Shown one piece after another: positions 45,727 through 48,306 of a stretch of 48,306 nt of DNA. The stretch lies in NCBI GenBank assembly GCA_036337435.1, contig JAYZEG010000064.1, positions 1-48,306 of the forward strand. Direction: 5' to 3'. Origin of the DNA: Myxococcota bacterium. Lineage in GTDB: Bacteria > Myxococcota_A > Bradymonadia > UBA7976 > UBA1532. Position 1 is the stretch's first letter, and each line of letters opens with the position of its first letter. The notes under the pieces are model-generated. The model did no database searches. It was not told the origin of the DNA and worked only from the letters and a program-made list of their open reading frames with translations. Position numbers and translations under genes: made by a program.

Positions 45727-47412
45727 ATGGCATACGTGGAGACTTGGGTTATGAGCGATTTAGCTTTACATAGGGCATATCACTGGGAGAAGACTCGACC
45801 GAGTGACATTTGGTTTACTCAACCGATGGGAAATGGCGTTGTTCGAGAGCTAAGTTTCGCGGAAGCGATGGATGAGGCGCGACGAATGGCGACCCATCTG
45901 ATTTCCTTGGATTTACCCCCAAAGAGTCAAATTGCGTTATTTTCCAAAAACTCGGCATGGTGGATTTTAGCCGACCTGGCGATCTGGATGGCAGGCCATG
46001 TCAGCGTTCCGCTGTATCCTACACTTGCTGCTGACACCATTGGTCAGATTCTCGAGCATTCCGAGAGCAAGCTGATCTTCATTGGAAAGCTTGATGACTA
46101 TGAATCCATGGCACCCGGTATTCCAGATGATTTGCCCGCGATTACACTGCCCTTATCACCCACTACACCCCATCCGACATGGGCGAACATCATTGGGGAG
46201 ACGGAGCCACTGCAGGAAAGCCCACTGCGCGATCCCGATGAGATGGCGACCATCGTTTATACATCGGGCAGCACGGGGGTTCCAAAGGGGGTCATGCTCG
46301 GATTCGGGTCAATGGCAAGCTGCGTGGCTGAAGTACAGAACGTCATTAGCATCGGTAAGGGCGATCGAATGCTTTCGTACCTGCCCCTTGCTCATGTGCT
46401 CGAACGGTTTCTCGTTGAAACGGCGACGCTTATCTACGGATTTCATGTTTTCTTTGCAGAGAGTCTAGACACTTTTGTGGACGACTTGAAAAGAGCGAGA
46501 CCAACCTTCTTTGCGTCTGTACCTCGCCTCTGGCAGAAGTTTCAGTTGGGTGTTTTTCAGAAAATGCCTCCTAAGAAACTCAACCTCCTTCTCAAGATTC
46601 CGATTCTTAACAAGGTCATCGCCAAGAAGGTCTTGGGCGGCCTTGGATTGGATGCTGTTCGCTACGCGATCTCTGGCTCTGCCCCGATTCCGGCAGCCTT
46701 AATTGATTGGTATCGAGCCCTCGGTCTTGAGCTGCTGGAAGCATACGGGATGAGCGAAAATTTCTGTTACTCCCATTGCACTCGTCCCGGCGACGTCAAA
46801 GTCGGTTTTGTTGGCACAGCTCAAGACGGTGTGGAGTGCCGGCTGAGCGATGCTGGAGAAATTCTCGTGAAAAGTCCCGGTTCGATGTTGGGTTATTTTA
46901 AGGCGGAGCAGCTGACCCAGGACGCGTTTACCGAGGATGGTTTCTTGAAGACGGGCGACCGAGGCGAGATCGACAGTGGTGGCCGTCTGCGAATTACAGG
47001 CCGAGTGAAGGAGCTATTCAAGACGAGCAAGGGCAAGTATGTCGCCCCCGCACCCATTGAAAACAAGCTTCTCCTGAGCAACCACGTCGAGATGGCCTGT
47101 GTGTCTGGGTCTGGGCAGCCAGCACCGTTTGGAATGGTCGTGCTCTCTGAAGAAGCACGGGCTGCGAGTGCCGATAGTGCTCGGCGAGCTGAGATCGGAA
47201 CCGCGTTGGATGCACACCGCGCCGAGATTAATACCAAACTCGACCATCATGAACAGCTGATGTTTTTGACCGTGATCGGTGACGCTTGGACCATCGAAAA
47301 CGGGAAGTTGACACCTACGATGAAACTGAAGCGGAACGCCATCGAAGACGAATATGCTGGCTTGGTCGACGGATGGTACGACGAAGGCCAAAAGGTCCTC
47401 TGGCACGGCTGA
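45727..47412 (+). CDS. long-chain acyl-CoA synthetase (AMP-binding)
   Basis: YTSGSTGVPKG, YLPLAH, YGMSE, TGDRG, ITGRVKELFKTSKGKYVAP, LTPTMKLKR. Confidence 0.92.
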   Translation: MAYVETWVMSDLALHRAYHWEKTRPSDIWFTQPMGNGVVRELSFAEAMDEARRMATHLISLDLPPKSQIALFSKNSAWWILADLAIWMAGHVSVPLYPTLAADTIGQILEHSESKLIFIGKLDDYESMAPGIPDDLPAITLPLSPTTPHPTWANIIGETEPLQESPLRDPDEMATIVYTSGSTGVPKGVMLGFGSMASCVAEVQNVISIGKGDRMLSYLPLAHVLERFLVETATLIYGFHVFFAESLDTFVDDLKRARPTFFASVPRLWQKFQLGVFQKMPPKKLNLLLKIPILNKVIAKKVLGGLGLDAVRYAISGSAPIPAALIDWYRALGLELLEAYGMSENFCYSHCTRPGDVKVGFVGTAQDGVECRLSDAGEILVKSPGSMLGYFKAEQLTQDAFTEDGFLKTGDRGEIDSGGRLRITGRVKELFKTSKGKYVAPAPIENKLLLSNHVEMACVSGSGQPAPFGMVVLSEEARAASADSARRAEIGTALDAHRAEINTKLDHHEQLMFLTVIGDAWTIENGKLTPTMKLKRNAIEDEYAGLVDGWYDEGQKVLWHG

Positions 47413-47503
47413 ATGTCGATGTCAGGCTCGGTGCCCGACCCAGGGGCAGCCGTCACCGAGCTTGAGGGCGTATCTTAATGCGTCCATTGACAAGGCGGAT
47501 GGT

Positions 47504-48306
47504 GTGAGTCGACTATTTTTACCTTTCCTTAAGAGTGTATTCTTCCTTTTTCTGACGGCTGGTTGCGAGCCTCGCATGGTGACCGGCCGCGTCAACGATG
47601 CTTTTGTGACGCCAGACCAGATGGTCACATCCGATGCCGGGCCTATCGACTTGGGCGGCTGCAGTGCAGAGCAATGTGGCCGAGGAGGCTGGTGTGCCGG
47701 GGGTGAATGCATCTGTGGACTCGGTTTTGAAATCGACGCCGATGGTCAATGCCAGGACGTCAACGAATGCGAGAACATGATCAGTCCATGCGCGCCTAAT
47801 GAACGTTGTATTAATTCTCTAGGTGATTATGTCTGCGTATGTGCGGAGGGATATTTATCGACGGAAGAGGGCTGTGTTGACCTTGATGAATGTGTCACAG
47901 GGACCGATAATTGTTCGGACTTTGCCACATGCGAAAACACCGAAGGCGGTTTTTATTGTGCCTGTCTCGATGGGTTTATGGGCGATGGGACTGTTTGCGA
48001 AGACATCGACGAATGTGTGGTCGGCAGCTCCAGCTGTCTTGGAACTCAAATCTGCCAAAATACCCTCGGTGGCTACACGTGTACATGCCGACCCGGATTC
48101 ATTGCCAATGGGGGTGACTGTGTCGACATCGACGAATGCGAGTTGGGATTAAGCGATTGCGCGTCAGCCGGCATGTGCCTCAACGTCGAGGGCGGTTTTC
48201 AATGTCGATGTGCCGATGGCTTTGCTGGCGATGGCCGTTCCTGTACCGACATCGACGAATGCGCAATGAACCTCGCCGATTGCCCTGAAAATAAAAGGTG
48301 CGTGAA
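47504..48306 (+). CDS. lipoprotein with tandem calcium-binding EGF-like domains (3' end lies outside the window)
   Basis: Not in the ORF track; from GTG 47504: MSRLFLPFLKSVFFLFLTAGC (lipobox), one EGF-like unit, then DVNEC, DLDEC, DIDEC, DIDEC, DIDEC repeats; frame open to the window end; start codon inferred. Confidence 0.9.
   Translation, partial: MSRLFLPFLKSVFFLFLTAGCEPRMVTGRVNDAFVTPDQMVTSDAGPIDLGGCSAEQCGRGGWCAGGECICGLGFEIDADGQCQDVNECENMISPCAPNERCINSLGDYVCVCAEGYLSTEEGCVDLDECVTGTDNCSDFATCENTEGGFYCACLDGFMGDGTVCEDIDECVVGSSSCLGTQICQNTLGGYTCTCRPGFIANGGDCVDIDECELGLSDCASAGMCLNVEGGFQCRCADGFAGDGRSCTDIDECAMNLADCPENKRCV
47756..48306 (+). repeat. 123-bp (41-aa) intragenic cbEGF repeat array, four full copies plus one partial
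   Basis: Units start at 47756, 47879, 48002, 48125 and 48248; each is D-x-[DN]-E-C-x6-C-x5-C-x-N-x2-G-x-[FY]-x-C-x-C-x2-G-[FY]-x6-C. Confidence 0.9.

Noticed and set aside
47756..48306. Recurring GACATCGACGAATG as a CRISPR-like array
   Set aside because: The 123-bp period is in frame and encodes DIDEC of the EGF repeats; no cas genes are present.

Overview
Gene-dense chromosomal window from a bacterium with a clearly Myxococcota-like gene set (three Hanks-type Ser/Thr kinases, an FHA-GAF sigma54 activator, a PrkA ATPase, a DUF4388 protein, Cys-rich lipoproteins), but with GC content that looks only moderate by eye; this taxonomy is inferred from gene content alone. Housekeeping genes include rpsU, lipA, carB-greA, recA, comM, tRNA-Cys, sspB, phoH-ybeY, a thioredoxin and an acyl-CoA synthetase. 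No transposase, integrase, phage gene or CRISPR array was recognised. Two genes missing from the ORF track run off the window ends: an FHA-GAF-AAA+ sigma54 enhancer-binding protein (1..1461, minus) and a lipoprotein built of exact 41-aa fibrillin-type calcium-binding EGF repeats (47504..end). Main observations: (1) a near-consensus sigma54 promoter with three tandem 9-bp repeats upstream of a comM-recA pair whose RecA looks like a divergent second copy; (2) a tandem pair of ~1350-aa lipoprotein metzincins bounded by a sigma54-like promoter and an intrinsic terminator; (3) a kinase/TPR/FHA-activator module with its own sigma54 promoter; (4) the cbEGF lipoprotein; (5) a kinase-STAND-TPR protein with degenerate Walker motifs. 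All calls come from reading motifs by eye; no searches were run.
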